From positions 7,314 through 71,313 of the forward strand of contig CAYROO010000010.1 of NCBI GenBank assembly GCA_964425915.1: a DNA stretch of 64,000 nt. The letters are read 5' to 3'. Made by a program: the position numbers and the translations under genes. This DNA comes from an uncultured Polycyclovorans sp. GTDB taxonomy: Bacteria > Pseudomonadota > Gammaproteobacteria > Nevskiales > Nevskiaceae. The notes below the pieces were generated by a model. It ran no database searches, was not told where the DNA came from, and was given only the letters and a program-made list of their open reading frames with translations. This document shows positions 1 to 9,900 of the stretch, piece by piece; the stretch's first letter is position 1; every line of letters starts with the position of its first letter.

Positions 1-13
1 CCGCGGCGCCCAG

Positions 14-3000
14 GTGCAGCTCGATACCCTCGCCGAGGGCCGTCGTCAGCGCCAGCAACAGGCGCAGCCGGCCGACATCGCCATCGTCGGCATTGGCACC
101 TTGCTACCCAAGGCGGATGGTCCCGACGCGTTCTGGCACAACATCCTGCACCAGGTTCGCAGCATCGGCCCGGTACCGCCGGAACGCTGGGATCCCGAGC
201 TGTATTTTGATGCCGACCGCAAGACCCGCGACAAGGTCTACTCGCGTTGGGGCGGCTTCCTCGACGAAGTCCCGTTCGACCCGATGCGCTACGGCATCCC
301 GCCACGCTCGATGAAGTCGATCGACCCGATGCAGCTGCTGACCCTGGAAGTGGCACAGCGCACCCTGGCCGATGCCGGCTATGGCGAAGGCGGCTTCGAC
401 CGCGAGAACACCTCCATCATCCTCGGCGCCGGCGGCGGCCTTGGCGACCTCGGCCTGCAATACGGCGTGCGTGCCGAACTGCCCCGCTTTGTCGAGAACC
501 CCGATCCGCGCGTGTGGGAACGGCTGCCGGAATGGACCGAGGAGTCCTTCGCCGGCACCCTGCTCAACGTGGCGGCCGGCCGCGTTGCCAACCGCATGGA
601 CTTCGGCGGTCTCAATTTTACGGTGGACGCCGCCTGCGCCTCGTCGCTGGCCGCCATTTCCATCGGCGTCAGCGAGCTGGAATCGGGCCGCAGCAATTTC
701 GTGCTGGCCGGTGGCATCGACACCGTACAGTCGCCGTTCGGCTTCCTCTGTTTCTCCAAGACCCAGGCGCTGTCGCCCACCGGCAACCCGCGCACCTTCG
801 ACCGCCAGGCCGACGGCATCGCCATCAGCGAAGGCCTCGCCGTGGTGGGCCTGAAGCGCCTGGCCGATGCCGAGCGCGACGGTGACCGTATCTACGCCGT
901 CATCAAGGCGGTCGCAGGCTCCAGCGACGGCAAGGCGCTGGGCCTCACCGCCCCGCGCCCTGATGGCCAGATCCGCGCGCTCAATCGCGCGTACGCCAAG
1001 GCCGGCTTCTCGCCCAGCACCCTGAGCCTGTTCGAGGCCCATGGCACCGGCACGCCAGTGGGCGACAAGGCCGAAGCGGAAACCATCACCCGTGCCCTGC
1101 GCGCGGAGAACGCGGCCCCGCAGACGGTCGCCGTCGGCTCGGTGAAGACCCTGGTCGGCCACACCAAGGCCAGTGCTGGCGTGGCCGGCCTGATCAAGAT
1201 GGCATTGTCGCTCTACCACCGGGTGCAGCCGGCACACTTCGGCGTCGACACGCCGATCGAACCTCTGGCTGCGGCAGATGCCCCGGCCTATCTGCTGAAG
1301 CAGCCGCGCCCGTGGCTGGCGCACCCCGATCACCCGCGGCGTGCGGGGGTCTCGGCCTTTGGCTTTGGCGGCACCAACTTCCATGCCGTGCTGGAGGAAT
1401 ACCAGGGCGCGCAAGCTGCCGCCGCCGGAGACGACCAATGGCCGCAGGAACTGCTGGTGTTCCGCGCCCGCGATGTCGCCCAGTTGCAGCAACAGATCGA
1501 GCAGCTGGTCCCGGTGACTCAGTCCCCAGGCCGCCTCAAACTCGGCACCCTGGCGCAATCGCTGGCTGCTGCCGCGGGCCGTCACGCCGACGCAGCGGTG
1601 ACCCTGGCCCTGGTGGCCCAGGACTTCGACGCGCTGCATCGCGACCTTGGCGCGGTGCTCAACCACCTGCGCGAAGGCAAGCCGCTGCCCCCGAGTGCAC
1701 GACTCAACCGCGAAACCCCGCGGGAAGCACCGGCCGTGGCTTTCCTGTTCCCTGGACAGGGCGCCCAGCACCTCAATATGGGGCGTGAGACTGCGCTCTA
1801 TTTCGATGAGATTCGCGGCGCGCTGGAACTGGCCGACCGTACCCTGGCGACGCAGCTGCCACGTCGCCTGTCCGACTACATCCTGCCACCGTCGGCCTTC
1901 GATGCGGCCACCGAGCAAGCCCAGCAACAGGCGCTCACCGATACCCGTGTGGCGCAACCCGCCATCGGCGCGGTGGCCCTGGGTTATCTGGGGCTGGCCC
2001 GCCGCCTCGGCCTGCAAGCACAGGCCACTGCCGGCCACAGCTACGGCGAATATGTCGCGCTGTCAGCGGCGGGCGTGATCTCCGCCGAAGACTGCCTGCG
2101 GCTGTCGGCCGTCCGCGGTGCCGCGATGGCCGCTGCCAGCGCCGCCTCGGTGCCGGGCACCATGGCGGCGGTTCAGGGCGAGCGATCGGCCATCGAAGCC
2201 CAACTCGGTGCCTTCGAGGGCGTTCGGGTCGCCAATCACAACAGCCCGGGTCAAAGCGTAATTTCGGGTCCGCGCGCCGCGGTGGAAGCGGCCGTGGAAG
2301 CCCTCGGCAAGGCTGGACTGCGCAGCACCCTGCTGCCGGTCTCCGGCGCATTCCACACCGAGCTGGTGGCCAGCGCGCGGCCGCCGCTCTCCGCCGCGAT
2401 CCAGGCGACCCCCTTCCACCCCGCTGCAGTACCGGTTTACAGCAATCGTAGCGGCGCCCCCTACCCGGAAGGCCCGGAGGCCATGAAGGCCCAGCTCGAC
2501 GAGCACCTGCTGTCGAGCGTGGAGTTCGTCCAGGAAATCACGGCGATGGCCGATCAGGGCTGTCGTCTGTTTGTCGAACTGGGGCCGAAAAGCATCTGCG
2601 CCAACATGGCGCGTGCCATCCTCGAAGGGCGCGCCGACATCGCCACCGTATCCCTCGACGGCCAGGGCGGCGGCATGCGCGGCCTGCTGCTCGGGCTCGC
2701 CGAACTCTGGACCCGCGGCGCGGCCCTGCAGCCGCAACGCCTGTTCGACGGCCGCAACCTGCCGATGCTGGAGATCACCGCGCTGGCGCAGGCGGCGGCT
2801 GAGCCAACACTGCCCGCGCACGTGTGGATGGTCAGCGGCGGCTGCGCCCGCCCGCAGCAGGATCGCGAACGTCGTACCGGCAGCCTGCCCGCGCTGACCC
2901 GCGCCACGGCTGAAGCCGCACGCGCGGCCGCTGCAACCCCACCGCCCGCTGCCGCCGTCGCATCCCCAGGGGCGCCGGCACCGGCGGCCCCGATACCCGC

Positions 3001-6000
3001 GGCCATGCCGGCTGGCTTCGGCAGCGACGCTTTGCTGGCATACCAGCAAACCATGCAGCAATTCCTGGCGCTGCAGGAGCGGGTGTTGCAGCAAGCCCTG
3101 GGCGCCCTGCCATCCGGTACACCGACCACGGCACCGATGCTGGCGCCCTCGGTGGCGGTTATCCCGCCGTCGATCACGCCCACCGTCCAGGTGGCGCCCC
3201 CGACGCCGGTGGCCGCCGCGGCTGCACCGACGGCCGCCACCACCGCGCCGCCAGCAGCCGCTGCGACGGCCCCGGTGCCCGCGCCGGCCGCCGTGGATCG
3301 CCGTGCGGTGTTGCTGGCCATCGTCGCCGAGCGCACCGGGTATCCCGAGGACATGCTGGGACTCGATGCCGACCTTGAGGCCGATCTCGGGGTCGACTCC
3401 ATCAAGCGTGTCGAGATCATGGGCGCCTTGCAGAAGGCTCTGCCGGGCAGCAGTGGCAGCGCGCTGCAGGCCCACATGGAGCAGTTCACCCAGGCTCGCA
3501 GCCTGTCCGCCATTCTGGCCGCGCTCGATGCGGTGGCCCCGGACCTCACCGAGGCCGCCACGCCGGCGCCGATGAAGCCCGCCACGGCGCTCGCCCCGAC
3601 AGTGGATATGCGTGCCCTGCTGCTCGGCATCGTCGCCGAGCGCACCGGTTACCCGGAGGACATGCTCGGCCTCGACGCCGATCTTGAAGCCGACCTCGGC
3701 GTCGATTCGATCAAGCGCGTCGAGATCATTGGCGCTCTGCAGAAGGCACTGCCCGCCGAAACCGGCGCCAGCCTGCAGGGTCAGATGGAGACCCTCACCC
3801 AGGCGCGCACCCTAAACGCCGTGCTGACCACCCTAGCGGCCATCGCGCCAACCGCGACAGCAGCCTCTGAGGCGGTCACGCCGGTGGCGCCTGTTGCGGT
3901 TGCGGCCGCGCTGGACCCCGGCCCACTGTTGCTGGGCCTCGTCGCCGAGCGCACCGGTTACCCGGAGGACATGCTCGGCCTCGACGCCGATCTTGAAGCT
4001 GATCTCGGTATCGATTCGATCAAGCGCGTGGAAATCATCGGCGCCTTGCAGAAAGCACTGCCGGCAGAGGCCGGTCAGGCCCTGCAAGCCGAGATGGAAC
4101 GCTTCACCCAGGCGCGCACGCTCAACGCCGTGCTTGCAGCGCTGGGTGCCGTGATGCCCACCGCCGCGACGCCCGCCGCCACAGCGGCAGCCGTGACGGC
4201 AACCGCTTCCGCTCCCACGACACCCGACTATCCAGCACTGTTGCTGCGGATCGTGGCGGAACGCACCGGGTATCCAGAGGACATGTTGGGCCTGGATGCC
4301 GACCTCGAAGCCGATCTCGGTGTCGACTCGATCAAGCGCGTGGAGATCATCGGCGCCTTGCAGCAGGCACTGCCACCGGCGATCGGACAGGCGCTGCAGG
4401 CCGGCATGGAGCAGCTCACCCAGGCCCGCAGCCTCAATGCCGTGCTGCAGGCACTGGCGGTGTTGGCGCCACAGGCCGTCCCCGCGGCAACGGCCAACCC
4501 CTCGGCATCCGCGGCATCCGCGGCATCCGCCCCCCTCAGCCCCGAGGTGCCGCGCGCGGACGCGACCATCCCGCGCTACGTGGTCCGTCCGATCCCGGCA
4601 CCGCTCCCCCCGCATCGCACTAAGCTGAGTGGCGCGACCCTGGTGCTGGGCGGCCCGGAAACCATCACCGAGGCCCTCGTAGCGCGCCTTCGCGCCGAGG
4701 GCTTGAACCCCACCGCCCTGAAGCAGCTGGACGCGGACGCACTGCGCAAGGCGCTGGACGCGGCTACGGCTGCCGGCACGCCGGTGAAGGCGGTCCTGCA
4801 TTTGTCGGGCCTGACACCGGCGCAAGATCCCGATGGCGTGGGCGCCCACCTGCTGCCCCTGTTGCACCTGGCGCAGCTGATGGGCAAGCACTTTGACGGC
4901 ATCCGTCTGATTGCGGCATCACGCCTCGGCGGCAGCTTCGGACGCGACAGCGAGGGCGACGGTGACCTGCTGGCGGGTGGTCTCAACGGCATGCTCAACT
5001 GCCTCCGCTTCGAATACCCGGAAGCGCGTCTGCGCGCCGTCGATTTCGACGGGCAGACCGATACCGAGATTGTCGCCGCCCTGTGCGATGAGCTGCTCTG
5101 CGACGACCCTGCCCCGGAAGTGGGGTACATCGGTAACGACCGCACCGGCAGTCGGGTGCTGGCGCAATCCGTGGGCTCGGGTGCCGGACTCGAGCCGGCA
5201 GCCGACTGGGTGGTGCTGGCCACCGGCGGTGCCCGTGGCATCACCGCAGAGCTGCTGGAGGCGATGGCAGTCCCCGGAATGCGTTTGGTGCTGGTGGGTC
5301 GCACCGCCGAGCCCACCGCCGAAGCCGAGGCGATCCGGACCTTGCGTGATGCAGCGTCCCTGCGCGGGCACTTTGTCAGCGAGGCCCGCAAGGCCGGCGA
5401 AACGCCGCGCCCCGCCGAGATCGACCGACGTATCCAGGCGGTGCTGGCCGCACGCGAGATTCGCGACAACCTCGAACGCTTGCGCCACACCGGCGCTCAG
5501 GTCGACTACCGAGCCTGTGATGTCCGGGATGCCCATGCCTTTGCCGGGCTGCTCGACCAGCTTTACCAGCAGCACGGTCGTATCGACGCGGTGATTCACG
5601 GCGCTGGCGTGATCGAGGACAAGTTGGTGGTCGACAAGACCGAGGACTCGTTCCGTCGTGTCATCGGCACCAAGCTCGACGGCGCGCGCGTACTGGCCGA
5701 TCACCTGCGGCCGGACAGCCTCAAGCTGCTGTGTTTCTTCACCTCGGTTGCGGGCCGCTTCGGCAATCGCGGGCAATCGGACTATGCCGCCGCCAACGAG
5801 ACCCTCAATCGCCTGGCCTGGGCGCTGCATCGCCGCTGGCCCGACACCCGCGTAATGGCGATCAACTGGGGCCCCTGGGACGCGGGCATGGCCAGTGAGG
5901 CGGTGCGCGAAGGCTTCCGCACGCAGGGTATCGAGCCGATTCCGGTTCCCGCCGGCCGGCGTTTCTGGATGGATGAGATTCGCCACGGCGCGCGCAGCGA

Positions 6001-6961
6001 TGTTGAGCTGGTGGCCGGTCGCGGTCGCTGGGGCGATGATGACGCTCAGCCGGTCAATCCGCCTGCGGCGGCCGCCAACGATCTGGTGTTGATCGCCCAC
6101 GCCCCGCGGATGGGCCCTGGCGGCGCCATGACCCTGGACCACGTGTTCAGTGCCGGTCGCGATCCCTATCTGCTGGATCACCGCATCGATGGCAAGCTGG
6201 TGTTGCCAGCCGCGGGCGCCGCCGAATGGATGGCGCAGTTTGCAGCCGCTGCTTGGCCCGGTTGGCAGGTCAGTGAGATCCGCGATCTGCGGCAGTTCAA
6301 CGGCATCACCCTGGACCGCGATGGCGAGCGCCTGATCCAGCTTCGGGCACGGGCCTCATCCCACTCCGATGCCGGCACGCAGTCGATCACGGTGGAGATG
6401 GTGGACCCCGCGCAGAAGCGACCCTGCTACCGCGCCACCATCTGTCTGGTGGAACAGTTGCCTGCGGCGCCGGTACTTGACCTCGCCGCACTGGCGGAAG
6501 CGCAGGCGGTCAGCGCCAGCGATGCCTACCATCGTTATCTATTCCACGGGCCGCGCTTCCAGCTGATCGACCGCATCGATGGGGTCGCCCGTGCCGGTAT
6601 CGACGCCAAGGTCCGCGGCGCCGACGTCAATGCCTGGGTGGAACGACCGGGGCAGTGGCTATTCGATCCAGGTTTGCTCGATCTGGCGCCGCAGCTGGCC
6701 ATCGTCTGGTCACGCGTCCAGCACGACATGACCGCCCTGCCCTCGGCCTTCGGTCGGGTGCAGCGCTTTGCCGGTGCCCATCGCGATCAGCCCCTTCGGC
6801 TGGCCCTGCGCATGCTGCCCGAGGAGCAGGCCAACGCCATCCGCTACGACGCCTGGTTCGTCGACGCGCAGGGGCGCGTGGCCTTGGCGATGGAGCGCTG
6901 CGAGGGCCACATGAGCGCCGCACTCAACCGCCTCGCCGGCGAGGCCAGCCAGCGTGGCTGA
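14..6961 (+). CDS. PfaA-like iterative type I PKS / PUFA-synthase-like subunit (KS-AT-4xACP-KR-DH)
   Basis: Domain motifs in order: KS (VDAACASS with Cys208, EAHGTGT, GHTKASAG); AT (GHSYGE, Ser676); Ala/Pro-rich linker; four tandem ACPs with LGxDSIKRVEI (Ser codons at 3398, 3707, 4016, 4328); KR Rossmann motif (GGARGIT); PKS-type DH (LLDHRIDGKLVLP). GTG 14 is the first in-frame start, but there is no stop between nt 2 and 14, so the 5' end may lie upstream of the window. Confidence 0.9.
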   Translation: MQLDTLAEGRRQRQQQAQPADIAIVGIGTLLPKADGPDAFWHNILHQVRSIGPVPPERWDPELYFDADRKTRDKVYSRWGGFLDEVPFDPMRYGIPPRSMKSIDPMQLLTLEVAQRTLADAGYGEGGFDRENTSIILGAGGGLGDLGLQYGVRAELPRFVENPDPRVWERLPEWTEESFAGTLLNVAAGRVANRMDFGGLNFTVDAACASSLAAISIGVSELESGRSNFVLAGGIDTVQSPFGFLCFSKTQALSPTGNPRTFDRQADGIAISEGLAVVGLKRLADAERDGDRIYAVIKAVAGSSDGKALGLTAPRPDGQIRALNRAYAKAGFSPSTLSLFEAHGTGTPVGDKAEAETITRALRAENAAPQTVAVGSVKTLVGHTKASAGVAGLIKMALSLYHRVQPAHFGVDTPIEPLAAADAPAYLLKQPRPWLAHPDHPRRAGVSAFGFGGTNFHAVLEEYQGAQAAAAGDDQWPQELLVFRARDVAQLQQQIEQLVPVTQSPGRLKLGTLAQSLAAAAGRHADAAVTLALVAQDFDALHRDLGAVLNHLREGKPLPPSARLNRETPREAPAVAFLFPGQGAQHLNMGRETALYFDEIRGALELADRTLATQLPRRLSDYILPPSAFDAATEQAQQQALTDTRVAQPAIGAVALGYLGLARRLGLQAQATAGHSYGEYVALSAAGVISAEDCLRLSAVRGAAMAAASAASVPGTMAAVQGERSAIEAQLGAFEGVRVANHNSPGQSVISGPRAAVEAAVEALGKAGLRSTLLPVSGAFHTELVASARPPLSAAIQATPFHPAAVPVYSNRSGAPYPEGPEAMKAQLDEHLLSSVEFVQEITAMADQGCRLFVELGPKSICANMARAILEGRADIATVSLDGQGGGMRGLLLGLAELWTRGAALQPQRLFDGRNLPMLEITALAQAAAEPTLPAHVWMVSGGCARPQQDRERRTGSLPALTRATAEAARAAAATPPPAAAVASPGAPAPAAPIPAAMPAGFGSDALLAYQQTMQQFLALQERVLQQALGALPSGTPTTAPMLAPSVAVIPPSITPTVQVAPPTPVAAAAAPTAATTAPPAAAATAPVPAPAAVDRRAVLLAIVAERTGYPEDMLGLDADLEADLGVDSIKRVEIMGALQKALPGSSGSALQAHMEQFTQARSLSAILAALDAVAPDLTEAATPAPMKPATALAPTVDMRALLLGIVAERTGYPEDMLGLDADLEADLGVDSIKRVEIIGALQKALPAETGASLQGQMETLTQARTLNAVLTTLAAIAPTATAASEAVTPVAPVAVAAALDPGPLLLGLVAERTGYPEDMLGLDADLEADLGIDSIKRVEIIGALQKALPAEAGQALQAEMERFTQARTLNAVLAALGAVMPTAATPAATAAAVTATASAPTTPDYPALLLRIVAERTGYPEDMLGLDADLEADLGVDSIKRVEIIGALQQALPPAIGQALQAGMEQLTQARSLNAVLQALAVLAPQAVPAATANPSASAASAASAPLSPEVPRADATIPRYVVRPIPAPLPPHRTKLSGATLVLGGPETITEALVARLRAEGLNPTALKQLDADALRKALDAATAAGTPVKAVLHLSGLTPAQDPDGVGAHLLPLLHLAQLMGKHFDGIRLIAASRLGGSFGRDSEGDGDLLAGGLNGMLNCLRFEYPEARLRAVDFDGQTDTEIVAALCDELLCDDPAPEVGYIGNDRTGSRVLAQSVGSGAGLEPAADWVVLATGGARGITAELLEAMAVPGMRLVLVGRTAEPTAEAEAIRTLRDAASLRGHFVSEARKAGETPRPAEIDRRIQAVLAAREIRDNLERLRHTGAQVDYRACDVRDAHAFAGLLDQLYQQHGRIDAVIHGAGVIEDKLVVDKTEDSFRRVIGTKLDGARVLADHLRPDSLKLLCFFTSVAGRFGNRGQSDYAAANETLNRLAWALHRRWPDTRVMAINWGPWDAGMASEAVREGFRTQGIEPIPVPAGRRFWMDEIRHGARSDVELVAGRGRWGDDDAQPVNPPAAAANDLVLIAHAPRMGPGGAMTLDHVFSAGRDPYLLDHRIDGKLVLPAAGAAEWMAQFAAAAWPGWQVSEIRDLRQFNGITLDRDGERLIQLRARASSHSDAGTQSITVEMVDPAQKRPCYRATICLVEQLPAAPVLDLAALAEAQAVSASDAYHRYLFHGPRFQLIDRIDGVARAGIDAKVRGADVNAWVERPGQWLFDPGLLDLAPQLAIVWSRVQHDMTALPSAFGRVQRFAGAHRDQPLRLALRMLPEEQANAIRYDAWFVDAQGRVALAMERCEGHMSAALNRLAGEASQRG
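3290..4470 (+). repeat. Four tandem ACP-domain coding repeats (period 309/309/312 nt)
   Basis: The phosphopantetheine Ser codons are spaced 309, 309 and 312 nt apart. Repeats 2 and 3 share an identical 60-nt run (cgtcgccgagcgcaccggttacccggaggacatgctcggcctcgacgccgatcttgaagc, starting at 3631 and 3941). Confidence 0.9.
4503..4529 (+). repeat. Perfect 3 x 9-bp in-frame microsatellite (cggcatccg) in the ACP-KR linker
   Basis: Read directly at 4503-4511, 4512-4520 and 4521-4529. It encodes the SAASAASA stretch of the linker. Confidence 0.85.
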
Positions 6962-9900
6962 GCCCTTGGATATCGCCATCATCGGCATGTCCGGCGTTTA
7001 TGCCGGCTCGCGCGATGTACCGGCCTATTGGCAGAACATCCTCGACCGGCGCTATTGCGTCAGCGAGGCACCGGAGGCCTGGTCGCGCGGCGTGCTCGAC
7101 CGCGACGGCCGCGCGCCCAACCGGGTCTACACCGCGCAAGGGGGCTGGCTGCACGATCTGGCGGAGTTTGATCCCCGCGAGTTTGGCGTCATGCCCAACA
7201 CCGTGGACGGGCGCGAGCCTGATCACTTTCTGGCGCTGAAGCAGTCGCGCGATGCCCTGCGCGACAGCGGTTACCTCGACAAGCCGTTCAACCACGAACG
7301 TGCCGGGGTCATCCTCGGCCGCGGCAACAACACCAACCGCGGTGCGGCCAACCTGATCGCCCATGGCAACGAAATCGATCAGATGGTCGATCTGGTAGCC
7401 AAGGTTCGCCCGGACCTCAGTGAGACCGAGCTGGATGCCCTGCGCGAGGGTCTGCGCGCGCAGCTGCCGCCCTTCAATCCGGAGATGCTGCCGGGGCTGA
7501 TTCCCAATGTGACCACCGGGGTGATCGCCAACCGTTTGGACCTGATGGGGCCCAACTGCATCGTCGACGCCGCCTGCGCATCATCGCTGGTGGCGCTGGA
7601 GCAGGCCTGCCGTGAGCTGCAGCTCGGGCGCTGCGATCTGATGCTGTCTGGCGGCGTGCACGCGCAGACGCCGCCCCACAGCTACATGATCTTTTCGCAG
7701 ATCAACGCCCTCTCGCGTGAGCGAATCCGCCCCTTCGATGCAGCCGGCACGGGCACCCTGCTCGGCGAGGGCTGCGGCGTCGTTGTGTTGAAACGCCTCG
7801 CCGATGCCGAACGCGACGGCGACCGAATCTATGCGGTGATCAAGGGCATCGGGGTCGCCAGCGACGGCCGCGCCAAGGGCCTGTTCGCGCCACGCAGCGA
7901 AGGCCAGGTGGTCGCCATGCGGCGCGCCTATGAGGCGAGCGGCATCGACCCCGCCACGGTCAGCCTGATCGAGGCGCATGCCACCGGCATCCCGCTCGGC
8001 GACCGCACCGAAATCCAGTCGCTCAAGGAGATCTTTGGCGAACGCCAGGGGGCGCTACCGCATATCGCACTGGGCTCGGTGAAGAGCCAGATCAGCCATG
8101 CGATCCCGGCCTCGGGCGCGGCCAGTCTGATCAAGATCGCCTTGGCACTGCAGCAGAAGGTGCTGCCGCCGATGCTGATCGATGCACCGGCCCCCCACCT
8201 GGAACTCGAACAGACCCCGTTCTACCTCAACTCCGAAGCTCGCCCCTGGGTCCACGACCCGCGTCAGCCACGTCGGGCGGGCGCCAATGCCTTTGGGTTT
8301 GGCGGGATCAACGCCCACGTGCTGCTGGAGGAATACCGCCCGGGTAACCGACCAGTTCAGGTGCCGGTACTGCACGCCCCCAGTGACGGCGAGTTGGTGA
8401 TGCTCGCCGCGGCCGACCGGACCGCCCTGCTGGTGCGGGTGGCGCAGCTACAGCACCGTCTGGAGCAGACCCCGCGCCCACCGCTATCGTCGGTCGCCCA
8501 GCACTGCGCAAATATGGCCGAGGGCGCCCATCGCCTCGCGATCGTCGCCAGCGACATCGACGACCTGCAGAAGAAGCTCGGGCAGGCGCATGACAAGCTG
8601 GCCAAGGACGATGCCCGCCCGTTCAAGACCCGCAACGGGATTCATTACGGGGCCGGCCCCGCGCCTGGCAAGCTGTGCTTCCTGTTCCCGGGCGAAGGCG
8701 CGCAATACCCGGGCATGCTGCGCGATCTCTGTGTGCAGTTCCCGGCGGCGCGGGCCTGGTTCGATTTTCTTGAAGAAACGGTGGTGCCGGGTGAACGCGA
8801 TTCGCGCGCGCCGATCGTGTTTGCCCCGCCGACCACCCTGGACGCATCGACCCGGGCCGCGCTGGAACAGCGCTTGTTCGACATGGATATTGCCTCCGAA
8901 ACCGTGTTTGCCGCGAGCATGGCGCTGTTCGACGTCCTGACCGGACTCGGTCTCAAAGCCGACGCCATGCTCGGCCACTCCACCGGCGAGAACACTGCCC
9001 TCACCGCCTCGCGGGTGCGCCGCTTCACCGACCGGCGGGAGATCGCGGACACCGTTCGCGACCTCAACCGGATCTACCGCGAACTGGACGCCCGCGGCGA
9101 GATCGTCGAAGGCAGCCTGCTGACCATTGGCGCGCTCAAGCCCGACCGTCGCCAGGCACTGCTGTCACAGGCCGGTGGCGACATCGTGGTGGCGATGGAT
9201 AACTGCCCCAACCAGCTGGTGATCTTCGGCAGCCGTGAAGCGGTGGCGTCGGTGCGCGAGCGCGAAGCGGCCGAAGGCGCGATCTGCGCCGAGCTGCCGT
9301 TTGGCCGTGCCTACCACACCGCCCTGTTCAAGCCGATTGCCGATGCCTATCGCGAATACTTCGCCGGCATCGAGTTCGGCGAGGGGATCGCCACGCTGTA
9401 CAGCGCCCGCAGCGCCGCGCCGTTCAGCCATGACGCCGCGGGCATCCGGGAACTGGTGGCGCAACAGTGGGAAAGCCGGGTCCGCTTCACCGAGACCATC
9501 GAACGGCTGTATCAGGACGGCTACCGCGTGTTTGTCGAGGTCGGCCCCAGTAGCAACCTCACCGGTTTCGTCAGCGATATCCTGCGCAGCGCCGACGATG
9601 TGGTGGTGGTCGGCACCGACAGCCGTCGCAAGGCCGGTCTCGCCGCGCTGCGTTCGGCACTGGCACAGATTTTTGCCGCAGGGGTCAACTTCCCGCCGGC
9701 CGCGCTGTTCGCCCATCGCGACATTCCGCCGATGGCGGATTCGGCGCCACTCAAGCCGATGCCACGGCTCAACCTGATGATGCCCCGGCTGAGCTGGCCG
9801 GAATCACTGCCGGTGCCGCCGCTGCCGATGACCCCCGCTGCCGCCGATGGGCCACTGCAAGCCGCACCGGTGGCAGCACCGGCAGCGTCGGTGGCCAGCC

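Noticed and set aside
3290-4470. A regularly spaced ~310-nt repeat array that could be mistaken for a CRISPR-like or other non-coding repeat array.
   Set aside because: The repeats are in frame within the PKS gene and encode ACP domains. The period and unit length are far from CRISPR dimensions.
104-6181. Several long antisense or alternative-frame ORFs inside the first PKS gene: 104..2038 (644 aa), 2063..3475, 2554..3645, 3833..4891, 4576..5490 and 4919..6181.
   Set aside because: Their translations are low-complexity and rich in Arg, Gly, Ala and Pro, with no motifs. They overlap a frame that has an unambiguous, full set of PKS motifs. This is the typical high-GC open-frame artefact.
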